Origin: a bacterium
Lineage (GTDB): Bacteria; ARS69
Assembly: GCA_046330135.1 (NCBI GenBank)
Contig: JAXLTI010000011.1
Span: 11,848-75,847 of the forward strand
DNA length: 64,000 nt
Reading direction: 5' to 3'
The notes under the pieces were generated by a model. That model was not told the origin of the DNA. It saw nothing but the letters and a program-made list of their open reading frames with translations, and did no database searches. The position numbers were made by a program, and so were the translations under genes. Shown here piece by piece: positions 18,202 to 29,496 of the stretch; the first letter of the stretch is position 1; each line of letters begins with the position of its first letter.

Positions 18202-19037
18202 GCGTGCGCGAGCGGGCGCTCCGGCTCACGAACGACGAAGGCCTCGCGGTGCGGATCGACGTGCGCCTGCCGGACGGGCCGGGGCCCTTCCCGTGCGCCG
18301 TGATCCTGCACGGGTTCAAGGGCTTCAAGGACTGGGGCATGTGGCCGCCCACCGCGATGCGCCTCGCCGAGCGCGGGCTCGCTTCGGTGGCGCTGAACTC
18401 CTCGCGCAACGGCGTGGGAGAGGGCCTCATGGAGTTCACGGAGCTCGAGAGCTTCGCGCGGAACACGCCGCGTCGCGAGGCGAAGGACGTGGCGCTCGTG
18501 CTGGACGCGATCCGGCGCGGCGAGGTGGATGCCGCGCTGGACGGCGGGCGACTCGGCCTCCTCGGCCACAGCCGCGGCGGAGGGATCATGCTCCTCGTGG
18601 CGTCCCGGGATCCGGCCGTGCGGGCCGTGGTGACGTGGGCCGCGATCGCGAAGTTCGATCGGTGGACTTCGCGGGCGAAGGCGGAGTGGCGCGCGCGCGG
18701 CCGCATCGACGTGCCGAACGCGCGCACCGGACAGATCCTCTGGCTCGAGCGCGAGGTGCTCGAAGACCTGGAGGCGAGTCGCGCCGAGTACGACCTCGAG
18801 GCCGCGTGCCGGGCCCTTCGCGCGCCGCTGCTCGTGGTGCACGGCGAGCTGGACGACGCCGTGGACCCGGAGGACGCGGAGCGGCTCGTGGCGTGGGCCG
18901 GCTCGCCGGAGAAGCGCCTGCTCCGCATTCCGCGCACCGGCCACACGTTCGGCGCGGCGCACCCTTGGGGCGGACCGCCGGACGCGTGGGGCCAGGCGGT
19001 GGACGCCACCGCGGACTGGCTCACCACGTACCTGTAG
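18198..19037 (+). CDS. Alpha/beta-fold hydrolase (dienelactone-hydrolase/BAAT-like), last gene of the bacillithiol operon
   Basis: ATGA overlap with bshA. GHSRGG nucleophile elbow. VVHGELDDAVD…GHTF acid/His region. Confidence 0.7.
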   Translation: MSVRERALRLTNDEGLAVRIDVRLPDGPGPFPCAVILHGFKGFKDWGMWPPTAMRLAERGLASVALNSSRNGVGEGLMEFTELESFARNTPRREAKDVALVLDAIRRGEVDAALDGGRLGLLGHSRGGGIMLLVASRDPAVRAVVTWAAIAKFDRWTSRAKAEWRARGRIDVPNARTGQILWLEREVLEDLEASRAEYDLEAACRALRAPLLVVHGELDDAVDPEDAERLVAWAGSPEKRLLRIPRTGHTFGAAHPWGGPPDAWGQAVDATADWLTTYL

Positions 19038-19110
19038 CGTCCCGGCGCTCCGTCGCCGTGATGCACACGCCGCCGAGACGCCGACGCAGGCCTGGCCCGT
19101 CGCGGGCGTC

Positions 19111-19521
19111 CTATTTCGGCTTCGGCCCGTCCCTCTTCAGATCCAGCGAGCAGGAGTTGATGCAGTAGCGCTGGCCCGTGGGCCCGGGGCCGTCCGGGAA
19201 GACGTGTCCGAGGTGGGCGCCGCAGTTCCGGCAGGTCACCTCGATGCGGTGCATCCCGTGGCTGCGGTCCTCCTCGAGGTGCACCTTCGACGGGTCCACG
19301 GCCTCCGTGAAGCTCGGCCAGCCGGTGCCCGAGTCGAACTTCGCGTCCGAGCGGAAGAGGTCCGTCCCGCAGGCTGCGCAGCGGTACGTGCCGGGGTCCT
19401 TGGTGTCGTAGTACTCGCCGGTGAACGCGCGCTCCGTTCCCTTCTTCCGCATGACCGCGTACTGCTCGGGCGTGAGGACCTTCTTCCACTCCTCGTCCGT
19501 GCGCTCGATCTTGGGGCTCAT
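19111..19521 (-). CDS. msrB: Peptide-methionine (R)-S-oxide reductase MsrB
   Basis: [37 protein letters not shown]...[11 protein letters not shown]...GWPSF...[17 protein letters not shown]; the CxxC…CxxC zinc and catalytic motifs are present. The start was moved to the internal ATG at 19521. Confidence 0.9.
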   Translation of the reverse strand: MSPKIERTDEEWKKVLTPEQYAVMRKKGTERAFTGEYYDTKDPGTYRCAACGTDLFRSDAKFDSGTGWPSFTEAVDPSKVHLEEDRSHGMHRIEVTCRNCGAHLGHVFPDGPGPTGQRYCINSCSLDLKRDGPKPK

Positions 19522-19656
19522 CCGCTTCCTCCGGGAGACGAAGACCAGAAGATAGGGACGCCGCGGGGCCGGGTCCAGGGGCCCTGCCGCTCCGCACGCC
19601 GCAGGATTCCGGACGGCGTACCCCGCAACTTGCCGGGCCTTCGCGAGGTTGCTACG

Positions 19657-21081
19657 ATGTCGAATCTCGTACCCCCACGGACGGGCGCAATGGACCTTGT
19701 CTGGAAGCCTCGCGGCGGCCTCGGCGCCTGCCTTCGGCGCGCCCTTCGCGGCCTCGGTCTCGCCGGCGCGCTGATCGCGCTCGGGCTCCCTCGCCCTGCC
19801 GCGGCGGACGTTGCCGCCGACTTCGCGGCTCGCCTCGAGGCGGCGCTGGCGTCGGGGCCCGTGGCGCAGGACCGCCTCTGGGCGTCCGGCGCGCGCGACG
19901 ACTCCGGCCGCATGCTGGATGCGCGCACGGGTGCGATGTTCGATTGGCGACCCGTGCAAGTCACGTCGCTCGCCTCGCGGCCGCTCCCTCCTGGACCGAA
20001 CGGGGCCGAGCGCGTCGCCGTCGACGTGCTCGTCAGCGGCACCGTCACCTGGCGGGCGAACGCGTGGGGCGTGGCCCAGTCCTTCTGGACGCTGCAGACC
20101 GACGAGCGCAGCGAGTCGGACGCGGTGGTGCGTCGTGAGGAGTGGGCGCTCGAGCAGCGCGGCGCGAGATGGCTCGCGGTGGATCGACGCTCCCTCGGCG
20201 TCCTCGAGATCGTCGAAGCGAAGCTGGCCGTGGAGGTGTATCCCGGCCAGGATGCGATGCTCGTGGAGGGCTCCTACTATCTGCGCTCGCTCGCCGACGG
20301 CGTGCAGGACGTGCGCTTCCTTCTCGATCGCCGCGCGTCGGTCTACGACTTCCGCGTGAACGGGAAGCTCGCCGGGGTGGTTCGCGGCAACGAGCTGGGC
20401 TCCATGGGACTCGAGGGATTCTCTCCCGAGGTCGAGTCGTCGTTCGCGTTCCCGGCGCCGCTCAAGCGCGGCGAAGAAGTGCTCGTCTCGTTCCGCCTGC
20501 GCTCACCGCTCGTCCACATGACCGGCAAGGGCTTCGTCACGAGCTTGCCGTGGAAGGACGGGCCTTTCCGCGAGCGCCTCTGGCTCCCGATCCTCGGACC
20601 CGGCGACGACACGGGCACGAGCCGCGTGGATCTCACGCTGCGCTGGCCGCCCTCGTCCTTCGACCGCGTGGGAATCGCGGGACCGCCGGACTCGATCGCG
20701 GCCCAGGTCCAGCCGGGGGACGAGGAGTCGTCCTTGCAGGCGTCGTGGACCGGTCGCGTGCGCGACGTGGACTTCCTGCTCGTCGCAGCGGGCACGGACG
20801 TAGCCGCCAGCGGGTTGCCGATCCGTTGGACGGACCCGGCGCCCGGACAGGCGGCGCACCTCGCGCGGACGGACGCTCCGCCGGCGCGCGTTCTCCCCGC
20901 CTTGCGACGAGAGCGCGCCGCCGTCGTGGCGCCGCTGCTCCAGGCGTCGTACGCGTCGTCGCAGGACTTGTCCTCGGAGCTCCAGGATCTCCTGCCGTTG
21001 GACGATCAAGTCCTCGACGAGCTCCTCGACGACTCGGCCACGACGGCCGAGCGCGGAGCGGACGATCGAGCGGCGCAATAG
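19657..21081 (+). CDS. Secreted hypothetical protein (signal peptide, no recognisable domain)
   Basis: ATG 19657 gives [18 protein letters not shown]...[23 protein letters not shown]. Long ORF with coherent codon usage. No family recognised. Confidence 0.5.
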   Translation: MSNLVPPRTGAMDLVWKPRGGLGACLRRALRGLGLAGALIALGLPRPAAADVAADFAARLEAALASGPVAQDRLWASGARDDSGRMLDARTGAMFDWRPVQVTSLASRPLPPGPNGAERVAVDVLVSGTVTWRANAWGVAQSFWTLQTDERSESDAVVRREEWALEQRGARWLAVDRRSLGVLEIVEAKLAVEVYPGQDAMLVEGSYYLRSLADGVQDVRFLLDRRASVYDFRVNGKLAGVVRGNELGSMGLEGFSPEVESSFAFPAPLKRGEEVLVSFRLRSPLVHMTGKGFVTSLPWKDGPFRERLWLPILGPGDDTGTSRVDLTLRWPPSSFDRVGIAGPPDSIAAQVQPGDEESSLQASWTGRVRDVDFLLVAAGTDVAASGLPIRWTDPAPGQAAHLARTDAPPARVLPALRRERAAVVAPLLQASYASSQDLSSELQDLLPLDDQVLDELLDDSATTAERGADDRAAQ

Positions 21082-21083
21082 GG

Positions 21084-21824
21084 ATGGAGAGCGAGGAATA
21101 CCAGCGACTCCGCGAAGAGGAGGAGCGCTACTGGTGGCACGTGGGCCGGCGCGCGCTCCTCGCGGGAATCCTCCGCAAGGGCGTTCCCCCGGACGCGCGG
21201 CGGCGGGGCGTGGACGTGGGCTGCGGATCCGGTTCGAACTTCGCCCTCCTCGCGCCGTACGGTCGCTTCTTCGGCACGGAGATCTCTCTCGAGGCCTGCG
21301 TGGCCGGTGACGAGCGCCCGCCGCGGCCCGTCGTGCTCGCGCGCGGCGAAGCGCTGCCGTTCGCGAGCGCGTCGCTCGGCATCGTGACGATGTTCGACGT
21401 GCTGGAGCACGTGGCCGCGGAGGACTCGTTCTTGACCGAGGTGCGGCGCGTGCTCGGTCCGGAAGGTCTTCTCGTGATCTCCGTTCCGGCCTACATGTTC
21501 CTCTGGAGCGACCACGACGTGAGCCTGCATCATCAGCGGCGCTACGTGCGCCGCACGCTGCGTGCGTCGCTGGAGCGGAACGGTTTCCGGGCCCTGCGAG
21601 TGAGTCACGCCATGGCGTCGATCCTCTTGCCCGTGGCCGTCGTGCGCGGGCTGGGCCAGATCCTTCCGCGGCGCGGGCCGCCGCGCTCCAGCTACGTGTC
21701 CACTCCGGAGCCCCTCAACTCTCTCCTCGCGGGACTGCTGCGTCTCGAGGCGAGGTGGCTTGCTCGGGCCGACCTCCCGTTCGGGACCTCGGTGCTGGCC
21801 CTCGCGCAGAAAGGCGCCTCGTGA
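21084..21824 (+). CDS. Class I SAM-dependent methyltransferase
   Basis: VDVGCGSGSNFALLAPYGR (motif I), LPFASASLGIVTMFDVLEHV (post-I/II). Ends with a GTGA overlap onto pdxH. Confidence 0.75.
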   Translation: MESEEYQRLREEEERYWWHVGRRALLAGILRKGVPPDARRRGVDVGCGSGSNFALLAPYGRFFGTEISLEACVAGDERPPRPVVLARGEALPFASASLGIVTMFDVLEHVAAEDSFLTEVRRVLGPEGLLVISVPAYMFLWSDHDVSLHHQRRYVRRTLRASLERNGFRALRVSHAMASILLPVAVVRGLGQILPRRGPPRSSYVSTPEPLNSLLAGLLRLEARWLARADLPFGTSVLALAQKGAS

Positions 21825-22414
21825 CACCAATGCCTCTTCCGGGCGAGGTGGTGGAGCGGTTCCGCAAGCTCCAGGAGCGGGCCGCGAAGACCGACCTTCC
21901 GGAGCCCACCGCGGTGACGCTGGCGACCTCGGACCGACAGGGGCGGCCGTCCTCGCGCATGGTGCTGCTCAAGGCCTTCGACGAGCGGGGCTTCGTGTTC
22001 TACACGAACCTGGAGAGTCGAAAGGGTCGCCAATTGCGTGAGAACCCGTGCGTCGCGCTCACGTTCTACTGGCCGCCGCTCGGCGAGCAGGTGCAGGTGG
22101 AGGGCAGCGTGGAGCCCGTGACCGACGCCGAGGCGGACGCATACTGGGCGACGCGACCGCGCGAGAGTCGACTCGGAGCATGGGCGTCGCTGCAGTCCGA
22201 AGCGATGCCGAGCCGGTGGACGCTGCTGCGGCGCTTCGCCGAGGCCGCCCGTCGCTACGGGGTGGGCGAGGTTCCTCGACCGCGGCACTGGTCGGGGCTG
22301 CGCGTGGTTCCCAACCGGGTGGAGTTCTGGCGCTCCAGCAAGTTCCGCCTGCACGACCGCGAGAGCTGGACGCTCGAGGACGGCCGCTGGGTGAAGCGTC
22401 GCCTCTATCCGTGA
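21821..22414 (+). CDS. pdxH: Pyridoxamine 5'-phosphate oxidase
   Basis: VTLATSDRQGRPSSRMVLLKAFDERGFVFYTNLESRKGRQLRENPCVALTFYW...RLHDR...W; classic PdxH. The start is GTG 21821 or ATG 21830. Confidence 0.88.
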   Translation: MTPMPLPGEVVERFRKLQERAAKTDLPEPTAVTLATSDRQGRPSSRMVLLKAFDERGFVFYTNLESRKGRQLRENPCVALTFYWPPLGEQVQVEGSVEPVTDAEADAYWATRPRESRLGAWASLQSEAMPSRWTLLRRFAEAARRYGVGEVPRPRHWSGLRVVPNRVEFWRSSKFRLHDRESWTLEDGRWVKRRLYP

Positions 22415-22528
22415 TCGCCCGGCGCCCTCCCGCTCGCCGCGAGCGACGTGGCGGCGGGGCCGGGACCCCGGGGGAGGGAGCAGGGGTTCCCTTCCCCGAG
22501 GGATTCGGCTATCTTCGGAGCCCGGTTC

Positions 22529-22615
22529 GCCGGAGTGGTGAAATTGGTAGACGCGCACGGTTCAGGGCCGTGTGGGGGTAACCCCGTGTGGGTTCGAATC
22601 CCACCTTCGGCACCA
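22529..22615 (+). tRNA. tRNA-Leu(CAG)
   Basis: GCCGGAGTGGTGAAATTGGTAGACGCGC...anticodon loop TTCAGGG, long variable arm, GGTTCGAATCCCACC T-arm, CACCA 3' end. Confidence 0.85.
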
Positions 22616-22700
22616 GCCTTCGAGGAGGGCTCCGGCCCTCCTCTCTTTTCGCCTTTCGGACGGCGCCAAGGCCCGCGCTGACGCCTTAGAGAGGAACGGA

Positions 22701-23879
22701 ATGGGGCTCGTCGGCGTCGCACGCCTCGCCCTGCCGGTCCTCGTAGGGCTGTTCGGTTTCTTCACTCCGTTCACCATCGCCGGGGCCCAGATCAGCCTCG
22801 CCTTGGCGTGCGTGGCGCTGGTCGCGGATCCCGAGGCGCGCGCGCACTCGGGCACGCTCCTCCGCCGGCATCCCCTCATGTGGCCCCTGCTCGCGTGGTG
22901 CCTCGTGAGCGTGCTGGCCGCCGTGTGCGCGATCGACGTGGCCCCGTCGGTCGAGAAGCTCAAGAAGCTGGCGCTGCTTCCGCTCATTCTCCTCGGCGCG
23001 CTGCCGTCCGTGCGCGCGCGGCTCCGGCCGATCCTCGGGGGTCTGATCGCGTCCGCCGCCATCGTGTCCGCTTGGGGCCTCGTGACGTTCGTGCGGGCGG
23101 GCGGCGGGTTGGAGGCGCGGCTCAGCGGGATCCACGGCTTCTACATGACCGTGGCCGGGATTCTGATGGTGGTGGCGCTCCTGTGCCTCGCGGAACTGTC
23201 GTGCGCCTTCAAGGATCCGCATCCGCGCCGGATCACGTTCCTCGTGCTGAGCGGCGCGCTCGTGCTCGTGGCGCTGCTCGCCACGTACACGCGCGGCAGC
23301 TGGATCGGGTTCGCCGCGGGCGCGCTGTGGCTCTTCCGGAGACGCTGGGCCGTGCTGGTGGCGCTGTTCGTCGCGGCCTCGCTCTTCTTCGCGCTCGGTC
23401 CCCCCGATGCGCGCGATCGGCTCTTCTCCGTCGTGAACCCGAATCATCCGCGCAACGTCGAGCGCGTGCTGATCTGGCAGCACGGTCTCGGGCTCCTGAA
23501 GGAGCGACCCCTCACGGGGCTCGGCCTCGTGATTCCGGCCGACCGCATGCAGGGCGAGCTGGTGACGAAGGACGGCACCTACCACGTGCACAGCCACATG
23601 CACGACGCGTACCTCCAGGTGGCCGTGTCGATGGGCTGGCCCGCGCTCGTGGTGTTCCTGTGGCTGCTCACGGCCCTCTTCCGCCTGGGCCGTGCGGCGC
23701 CGCGCGGCGGGATCCGGAATCTCTGGGAGGAGGGCCTCGTGGCCGCGTACCCGGCCACGGTGATCGCGCTCGCCGTCAACGGGCTCTTCGAGTGGAACTT
23801 CGGGGACTCGGAGATCCTCGGGCTCCTCTGGCTGCTCACGGGCTGCGTCCTGGGCATCGCCACTCGGTCGGGGGACTGA
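22701..23879 (+). CDS. O-antigen ligase (WaaL/Wzy_C) family membrane protein
   Basis: Multi-TM protein with the [14 protein letters not shown] motif and a periplasmic loop with conserved H. SD GAGAGGAACGGA precedes ATG 22701. Confidence 0.7.
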   Translation: MGLVGVARLALPVLVGLFGFFTPFTIAGAQISLALACVALVADPEARAHSGTLLRRHPLMWPLLAWCLVSVLAAVCAIDVAPSVEKLKKLALLPLILLGALPSVRARLRPILGGLIASAAIVSAWGLVTFVRAGGGLEARLSGIHGFYMTVAGILMVVALLCLAELSCAFKDPHPRRITFLVLSGALVLVALLATYTRGSWIGFAAGALWLFRRRWAVLVALFVAASLFFALGPPDARDRLFSVVNPNHPRNVERVLIWQHGLGLLKERPLTGLGLVIPADRMQGELVTKDGTYHVHSHMHDAYLQVAVSMGWPALVVFLWLLTALFRLGRAAPRGGIRNLWEEGLVAAYPATVIALAVNGLFEWNFGDSEILGLLWLLTGCVLGIATRSGD

Positions 23880-23931
23880 CCGGCCCGCTCGCCGGGGCGT
23901 GCTATGCTGCCCGGCCGCACGGGAGCGAGCG

Positions 23932-24405
23932 ATGAAGGACGACGGAACCAAGCTCATCACCTCGAACCGGAAAGCCCGGCACGACTACGAGATCCTCGAC
24001 TCGTTCGAGGCCGGGCTCGTGCTCAAGGGCACCGAGGTGAAGGCGCTCCGCGACGGCAAGGCGAGCCTCGCGGAAGCGTACGCGCGCGTGGAGGACGACG
24101 AGGTTTGGCTCGTGGGCGCGCACATCCCGGAGTACGTTCACGGCAATCGCCAGAACCACGAGCCCACGCGGGCGCGGAAGCTCCTCCTCCATCGCGCGGA
24201 GATCGAGCGCCTCCGCGGCAAGGTGGAGGAGAAGGGACTCACGCTCGTCCCGCTCCGCCTCTATTGGAAGAACGGCCGCGCGAAGATCGAGATCGCGCTC
24301 GGCCGCGGCAAGAAGTCCTTCGACAAGCGCGACGACGTCGCGCGGCGGGAGGCGCAGCGCGAGATGGACCGGGCGCTGTCGCGGCGCAAGCGAGGGGAGA
24401 GATGA
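23932..24405 (+). CDS. smpB: SsrA-binding protein SmpB
   Basis: [43 protein letters not shown]...[10 protein letters not shown]...LLLHRAEI...[28 protein letters not shown]. Confidence 0.93.
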   Translation: MKDDGTKLITSNRKARHDYEILDSFEAGLVLKGTEVKALRDGKASLAEAYARVEDDEVWLVGAHIPEYVHGNRQNHEPTRARKLLLHRAEIERLRGKVEEKGLTLVPLRLYWKNGRAKIEIALGRGKKSFDKRDDVARREAQREMDRALSRRKRGER

Positions 24406-25958
24406 AGGGGCGGCTCGGTGCGCTCGGTCGACCCGGTCGATTGGATCGGCCGGGGCGGCTCGGTCGCCTCTCGGTCGCTCTCCTCGCGCCGGCGCTCGCC
24501 GCGCTCGCGCTCGCGGGAGGCGCGCTCGCGTCCAAGCCCGACGTGGAGAAGCTCCGCGGCACCGTCCGCACCACCGAGCGCCCCGAGCCGCACATGCTGG
24601 ACGTGCTGCGCATCGACGGAGTGGACTACCTCGACCTCCAGGACGTGGCGCGCCTCTTCCGCGCCACGAAGTACTGGCGCGCGGAGCTCGGCAAGATGGT
24701 GCTGAAGGTGGACGGGAAGCGCGTGACGCTCACCGTGGGGAGTCCGTTCGTCTTCGTCGAGAGCCGCGGCACCAATCTGCTCGCGCCGGTCGCGTGGAAC
24801 GACGGGCGGATCGTGGTGCCCGTGACCCTCGCCACGCGCGTGCTCGATCCCATCGTGGCCGAGCGGGTGACGTGGTCGCGGGACACGCGCGAGCTTCGGC
24901 TCGTCCAGGGCGCGCCGAACATCCAGCGCCTCACGTGGGACCTGAAGGAGAACGGCACGCTCGTGGGCATCGTGCTGGACGCGCCGCTGGATGGTCAGGT
25001 CACGCGTCCGGACACCTCGCGGGCGGTCGTGCGCGTGGCCGGGGGACGCCTGCCGGACGGCTTCGAGACGAAGGCCAAGGGCCTCGGGCTGGTGGACAGC
25101 GTGGAGGCGGTGGAGGAGCCGGACGCCACGCTCTTCACGTTCCACCTGTCGGCGTCCGCGGGGCCGGCCGATCTGGTCTCGCGCACCGGGCCGCCGCGGC
25201 TGGAGCTATCCGTGCGCCCGCCGGCCCCGAAGGAGGAGGACGTGCCCGCGCCGCAGCTCGAGACGCCGCCGGCCTTCGTGGAGCCGCGCGCGGTGCGCAC
25301 GGTGGTGCTGGATCCGGGACACGGCGGCTCGGACAAGGGTGTGGTCGCGGAGAGCGGCCTCTGCGAGAAGGACGTCGCGCTCGCGGTCGCGAAGCGGGCG
25401 AAAGACCTCCTCGAGGCGACCGGTCTCGACGTCCGCCTCACGCGCGAAGACGATCGCTTCCTCTCGAGCGAGGCGCGCGCGCGCGTCGCGAACGCCGGCA
25501 AGGCCGATCTGTTCGTCTCCGTGCACGCGAACGGATGGTTCGATCCCGAGCTCTCGGGCTTCACGGTGGAAGTCTCGAAGCCGCCGCCCGAGGCGGGCGT
25601 CGCGCCGGACGTCATTCGTCCCTGGGGCGGGCGCGACGCCTCCGCCGCGCGCGACAGCGAGCTGCTCGCGGAGATCCTCTCGCGCAAGCTCACGGAGGTG
25701 GCGAAGCGCCCCGGACGCGGCGTGCGGAGCGCGGACTGGGCGCCGCTGGCCGGCGCCACGATGGCGGCGGTGATCGTGGAGGTGGGCTTCCTCACGAACG
25801 ACGGCGAGGCGAAGAAGCTGGGCGATGCGGAATACCAGGCGCACCTCGCGAAGGCGCTCGCCGACGCGGTGCGCGAGTACCGCGACGTGCTCGCGCGCGG
25901 CGGCGACGCTCCCGGGAGCGTGGGCGCGAGCGCGCCGAACGGAGGCGGGACGCCGTGA
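24402..25958 (+). CDS. N-acetylmuramoyl-L-alanine amidase (Amidase_3) with an N-terminal AMIN-like domain
   Basis: ATGA overlap with smpB. Signal peptide. AMIN-like beta region. Catalytic domain [13 protein letters not shown]...[10 protein letters not shown]...[12 protein letters not shown]. Confidence 0.85.
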   Translation: MKGRLGALGRPGRLDRPGRLGRLSVALLAPALAALALAGGALASKPDVEKLRGTVRTTERPEPHMLDVLRIDGVDYLDLQDVARLFRATKYWRAELGKMVLKVDGKRVTLTVGSPFVFVESRGTNLLAPVAWNDGRIVVPVTLATRVLDPIVAERVTWSRDTRELRLVQGAPNIQRLTWDLKENGTLVGIVLDAPLDGQVTRPDTSRAVVRVAGGRLPDGFETKAKGLGLVDSVEAVEEPDATLFTFHLSASAGPADLVSRTGPPRLELSVRPPAPKEEDVPAPQLETPPAFVEPRAVRTVVLDPGHGGSDKGVVAESGLCEKDVALAVAKRAKDLLEATGLDVRLTREDDRFLSSEARARVANAGKADLFVSVHANGWFDPELSGFTVEVSKPPPEAGVAPDVIRPWGGRDASAARDSELLAEILSRKLTEVAKRPGRGVRSADWAPLAGATMAAVIVEVGFLTNDGEAKKLGDAEYQAHLAKALADAVREYRDVLARGGDAPGSVGASAPNGGGTP

Positions 25959-26494
25959 AGAAGCCGTGGGTGGTGGGCGTCTCGGTCGCGGTGGCATTGG
26001 CCCTCTTCGCCTGGGGGCTCGACGTGGCCCTGAAGCGAGAGGCGGGCGACGTGGGCAAGCCGCCCGTGGAGGACGGCGAGGGGGGAACGCGCTCGGTGGA
26101 GCTCACGTTCCCGGGCGCGAGCGGCGGGCTCGCCGTGGAGACGCGGGAGATCGCCGGCGGCGATCATCTGGAAGACGACGTGCGCCGCGTCGTGGAGGAG
26201 CTGATCGCGGGTCCGAGCACGGGCGTGCGCGCCCTTCCCGCGGCTACACGGCTCCTCGACGTGTTCTTCGACGGCGAAGGCGAGCTCACCCTGAACTTCT
26301 CCGACGATCTGCGCACGGATCATCCCGGCGGCTCCGCGGCCGAGATGGCCACGCTGCACTGCCTCATCGCCACGATCGCGGCGAACTTCCCCGCGGTCGA
26401 CCGCGTCCGCGTGCTCGTGGACGGCGAGACGGTCTCGACGCTCGCGGGGCACGCGGATCTGAGCGAACCGTTGAAGGTAGAGGACTACCGCTGA
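25955..26494 (+). CDS. GerMN domain protein (amidase-associated lipoprotein-like)
   Basis: GTGA overlap with the amidase. TM/signal. [19 protein letters not shown]...[33 protein letters not shown] is typical of the GerMN domain. Confidence 0.65.
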   Translation: MKKPWVVGVSVAVALALFAWGLDVALKREAGDVGKPPVEDGEGGTRSVELTFPGASGGLAVETREIAGGDHLEDDVRRVVEELIAGPSTGVRALPAATRLLDVFFDGEGELTLNFSDDLRTDHPGGSAAEMATLHCLIATIAANFPAVDRVRVLVDGETVSTLAGHADLSEPLKVEDYR

Positions 26495-26519
26495 CCCCGA
26501 GAGTGGAGGACGACCGCTG

Positions 26520-27239
26520 ATGCCGAGACCGGACGGACGAGCCGCGGACGCCTTGCGTCCCGTCACGCTCGAGATCGACGTCGCCAAGCACGCCGAAGGC
26601 TCCTGCTTCGTGACGATGGGGGAGACGAAGGTGATGTGCACGGCGTCCGTGGAGGACGGCGTGCCCGCGTTCCAGCGGGGGCAGGGCCAGGGCTGGGTGA
26701 CGGCGGAGTACGGCATGCTCCCGCGCAGCACGACAACGCGCTCGCGGCGCAGCCTCACCGGCGGGCGGATGCTGGAGATCCAGCGCCTGATCGGGCGCTC
26801 GCTCCGCGCCGTGATGGAGCTCGGCATGCTCGGCGAGCGCACCATCACGCTCGATTGCGACGTGATCCAGGCGGACGGCGGCACGCGGACGGCGTCCATC
26901 ACCGGCGCGTGCGTGGCGCTCTTCGAGGCGCTGGACTGGATGCGCACCACGGATCGCATCACGAAGTGGCCGCTCAAGGAGCTGGTGGCCGCGGTGTCGG
27001 TGGGCATCGTGGACGGGGAGGCGCGGCTGGACCTTCCGTACGAAGAGGACTCGGCCGCCGATGTGGACATGAATGTCGTCATGACGGCGGGTGGGAGCTT
27101 CGTGGAGATCCAGGGCACCGCGGAGTCCGCGCCCTTTGGCGACGACGCGCTGGCGCAGATGCTGCGCTTGGCGCGGAAGGGCGTGGTAGCGCTGGTGGCG
27201 GAGCAGCGCGCCGTCTTGGGCTTGCCGCTGGATGCGTGA
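26520..27239 (+). CDS. rph: Ribonuclease PH
   Basis: [44 protein letters not shown]...[20 protein letters not shown]...[15 protein letters not shown]. Confidence 0.93.
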   Translation: MPRPDGRAADALRPVTLEIDVAKHAEGSCFVTMGETKVMCTASVEDGVPAFQRGQGQGWVTAEYGMLPRSTTTRSRRSLTGGRMLEIQRLIGRSLRAVMELGMLGERTITLDCDVIQADGGTRTASITGACVALFEALDWMRTTDRITKWPLKELVAAVSVGIVDGEARLDLPYEEDSAADVDMNVVMTAGGSFVEIQGTAESAPFGDDALAQMLRLARKGVVALVAEQRAVLGLPLDA

Positions 27240-27861
27240 GGTCCGCGTGCTCCTCGCGACGTCGAACGCGGGGAAGGTCGCCGAGTTCGAAGGTGCGTTG
27301 CCCGGCGTGACGCTCGTGAGCTTGCGGGATCTGCCGGGGGTGACGCTCCCGCCGGAGACCGGTGCCAGCTTCGAAGAGAATGCGCGGATCAAGGCGCGAG
27401 CGGCGGCGGTCGCCTCAGGTCTGCCGGCGCTCGCGGATGATTCGGGCCTTTGCGTGGACGCCTTGGACGGGGCGCCCGGCTTGCATTCGGCGCGCTACGC
27501 GGGGGAGGAGGCCGACCCCGCGGCGAATCGGAAGCGGCTCCTCACGGCGCTGCGGCACGTGCCCGCGGACCGCCGGACGGCGCGCTTCGTCTGCGTGCTT
27601 TGCCTCGCGATGCCGGACGGCCGCGAGGACGTGGTGCGCGGCGAGTGCGAGGGGCACGTGATCGACGTCGAGCGCGGGACGGGCGGCTTCGGCTACGACG
27701 CTTTGTTCGTGCCGGAAGGCGAGTCAAGGACCTTCGCCGAGATGTCGACGGAGGAGAAGGATCCCGTGTCGCATCGAGGGCGCGCGATCCGCTTGGCGCG
27801 GGAGAAACTCGCACCGTGGCTCGAGCGCGGCGTCGGCGCACGGGGAGCGGGCGCACGGTGA
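27232..27861 (+). CDS. rdgB: dITP/XTP pyrophosphatase (RdgB/Ham1)
   Basis: [18 protein letters not shown]...[43 protein letters not shown]...[20 protein letters not shown]. Confidence 0.9.
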   Translation: MREVRVLLATSNAGKVAEFEGALPGVTLVSLRDLPGVTLPPETGASFEENARIKARAAAVASGLPALADDSGLCVDALDGAPGLHSARYAGEEADPAANRKRLLTALRHVPADRRTARFVCVLCLAMPDGREDVVRGECEGHVIDVERGTGGFGYDALFVPEGESRTFAEMSTEEKDPVSHRGRAIRLAREKLAPWLERGVGARGAGAR

Positions 27862-28215
27862 GCTGGCGCATGGCGACGCGGCGCACGCTATCCTCCCCGA
27901 CAGCGTCGAGAGTAGACCCTGCGAATGAAACGTCATGGCGTGACGGTGCGCGTCATTCGCCCCGGCGAGGCCGTGCCTCCCGAGGAACCGTGGCCCGGGT
28001 CGGCGGCGGATCGCTGGCGGGAGTCTGGCTCCTGACGAGGATCTGTCACGCCTGGATGTCCAAGGACCCGGGGGAACTCCGACTTCAACGAAACGCGTCA
28101 GAGTGCTTCGCCGAGGGCAATGACGCTGGCCCGCTGTTCAAGGCCCCCCGGCTTGACACCCCCCCGTCGCGTCCGTACCCTCTCCGGGATTCGGCTTCGA
28201 AGATCGGTGTCGAGG

Positions 28216-28292
<77 letters not shown>

Positions 28293-28325
28293 TCCCGGAA
28301 GGGCCTCGCCCCGCGCGCGAGATCC

Positions 28326-28403
28326 GCGCCCGTAGCTCAGCCAGGATAGAGCGACGGCCTTCTAAGCCGTGGGTCGCAGGTTCGAGTCCTGCCGGGCGCG
28401 CCA
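28326..28403 (+). tRNA. tRNA-Arg(TCT)
   Basis: GCGCCCGTAGCTCAGCCAGGATAGAGCGACGGCCTTCTAAGCCGTGGGTCGCAGGTTCGAGTCCTGCCGGGCGCGCCA. Confidence 0.85.
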
Positions 28404-28437
28404 GTCGTGAGAAACGGGCCCGCCCGGCTCGAATCGT

Positions 28438-28514
28438 GGTGGGTGTAGCTCAGTCGGTAGAGCACCTGACTGTGGATCAGGGTGCCGTGGGTTCAAGTCC
28501 CATCACCCACCCCA
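28438..28514 (+). tRNA. tRNA-His(GTG), including the extra 5' G(-1). Its 3' 45 nt form attL of the integrated element.
   Basis: GGTGGGTGTAGCTCAGTCGGTAGAGCACCTGACTGTGGATCAGGGTGCCGTGGGTTCAAGTCCCATCACCCACCCCA. Confidence 0.85.
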
Positions 28515-28516
28515 AC
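28470..28516. repeat. attL: 47-bp exact direct repeat (tRNA-His 3' end), identical to 38721..38767
   Basis: CTGTGGATCAGGGTGCCGTGGGTTCAAGTCCCATCACCCACCCCAAC is present at both coordinates. Confidence 0.85.
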
Positions 28517-28663
28517 TTCGACCGTCCGCATCTCCTGCGATCATAGCAGGTTCCGATGACGGGCAGGGGCCACCTGGCGGCCCCCACCGCCCTACGCGAT
28601 CGTTCAAGAGCGGTCGCAAGGGCGGCGCGGCCCAGCGCACTCTCTTCGGGAGGGAACCGCAGC

Positions 28664-29494
28664 ATGTCAAAGACCGCCGCGGTGATGATCGGGCGACGCC
28701 GCTTCAATGCGACGCTGAAGGCGTGGTCTGAGCGCGTTGGGGTAGTGTTCGGCGATCCGCACACTGGATTGGGTCTCTACCAGGTTGACCTCAAGGACCT
28801 CGCAGACGCGATGTGGGAGAGCCTCACCGACAAGCACGCTAGCGTCGACGCACTCTTTCTCGATTTTCTCACCCCATACCACATTTCCGCCTTCCGGGGT
28901 CAGTACCAGAGCGTCGAGAGCCTCGAACGCGGAGAATTGGGCCGCGGGGGCGACGGCATACCGGAGCGCCACCCAGACGCGGCGCTTGCACTCCTGAGTC
29001 CCCGAGCGCAGGCGTGGCTCAAGAAGAACGGCTGGCCGGAGCGAGCCCGTGAGATCTATGCGGAGTGGCAACAGTGGAGCGAGGAACAGCGGGCGCAGCG
29101 GCGAGCCGGCAAGACAGTCGGCCGCGGCGGTCGGCCGATCACGGGAAAGCACGAGATCGGACGGGGACGCCGCCGCGCGATCTACAAGAGGGACCAATAT
29201 GAGTGCGTGTACTGCGGCGTGCGGGTAATTCCAGACTACGAGGCCTCAGGCGAGGACGTGCACGATGTCGCGTCCGTTGACCACGTCGTGCCTGGTGCGA
29301 AGGACGAAGCCAACCTCGTGACGGCGTGCCGGAGCTGCAATTCCGCAAAGAGCAATCGGACCCCCGAGCAGGCGCACATGTACCCTCGGTATGGGCGCTT
29401 CCGCGCCGCGCCTCTCGCGGAAACGACACTTTCCATGGCCGAACCCGTAGGAGGTTCCGACGGCAACGCTGTCCAGGACCCAAAGGGCAACTGA
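28664..29494 (+). CDS. HNH endonuclease domain protein (phage packaging-associated)
   Basis: SD GGGAGGGAA then ATG 28664. C-terminal YECVYCGV...DVASVDHVVPGAKDEANLVTACRSCNSAKSNRT is an HNH motif. Confidence 0.8.
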   Translation: MSKTAAVMIGRRRFNATLKAWSERVGVVFGDPHTGLGLYQVDLKDLADAMWESLTDKHASVDALFLDFLTPYHISAFRGQYQSVESLERGELGRGGDGIPERHPDAALALLSPRAQAWLKKNGWPERAREIYAEWQQWSEEQRAQRRAGKTVGRGGRPITGKHEIGRGRRRAIYKRDQYECVYCGVRVIPDYEASGEDVHDVASVDHVVPGAKDEANLVTACRSCNSAKSNRTPEQAHMYPRYGRFRAAPLAETTLSMAEPVGGSDGNAVQDPKGN

Positions 29495-29496
29495 GG

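Noticed and set aside
19204-19656. N-terminal 150 aa of ORF 19204..21081
   Set aside because: This part is antisense to msrB and is read-through junk. The plausible gene begins at ATG 19657 with a signal peptide.
27862-28215. Possible small ORFs or CRISPR-like repeats in the gap before the tRNA cluster
   Set aside because: No repeat-spacer periodicity. The short ORFs (for example 27724..27936 minus) are Cys/Ser low-complexity. The gap most likely holds the promoter and leader of the tRNA operon.
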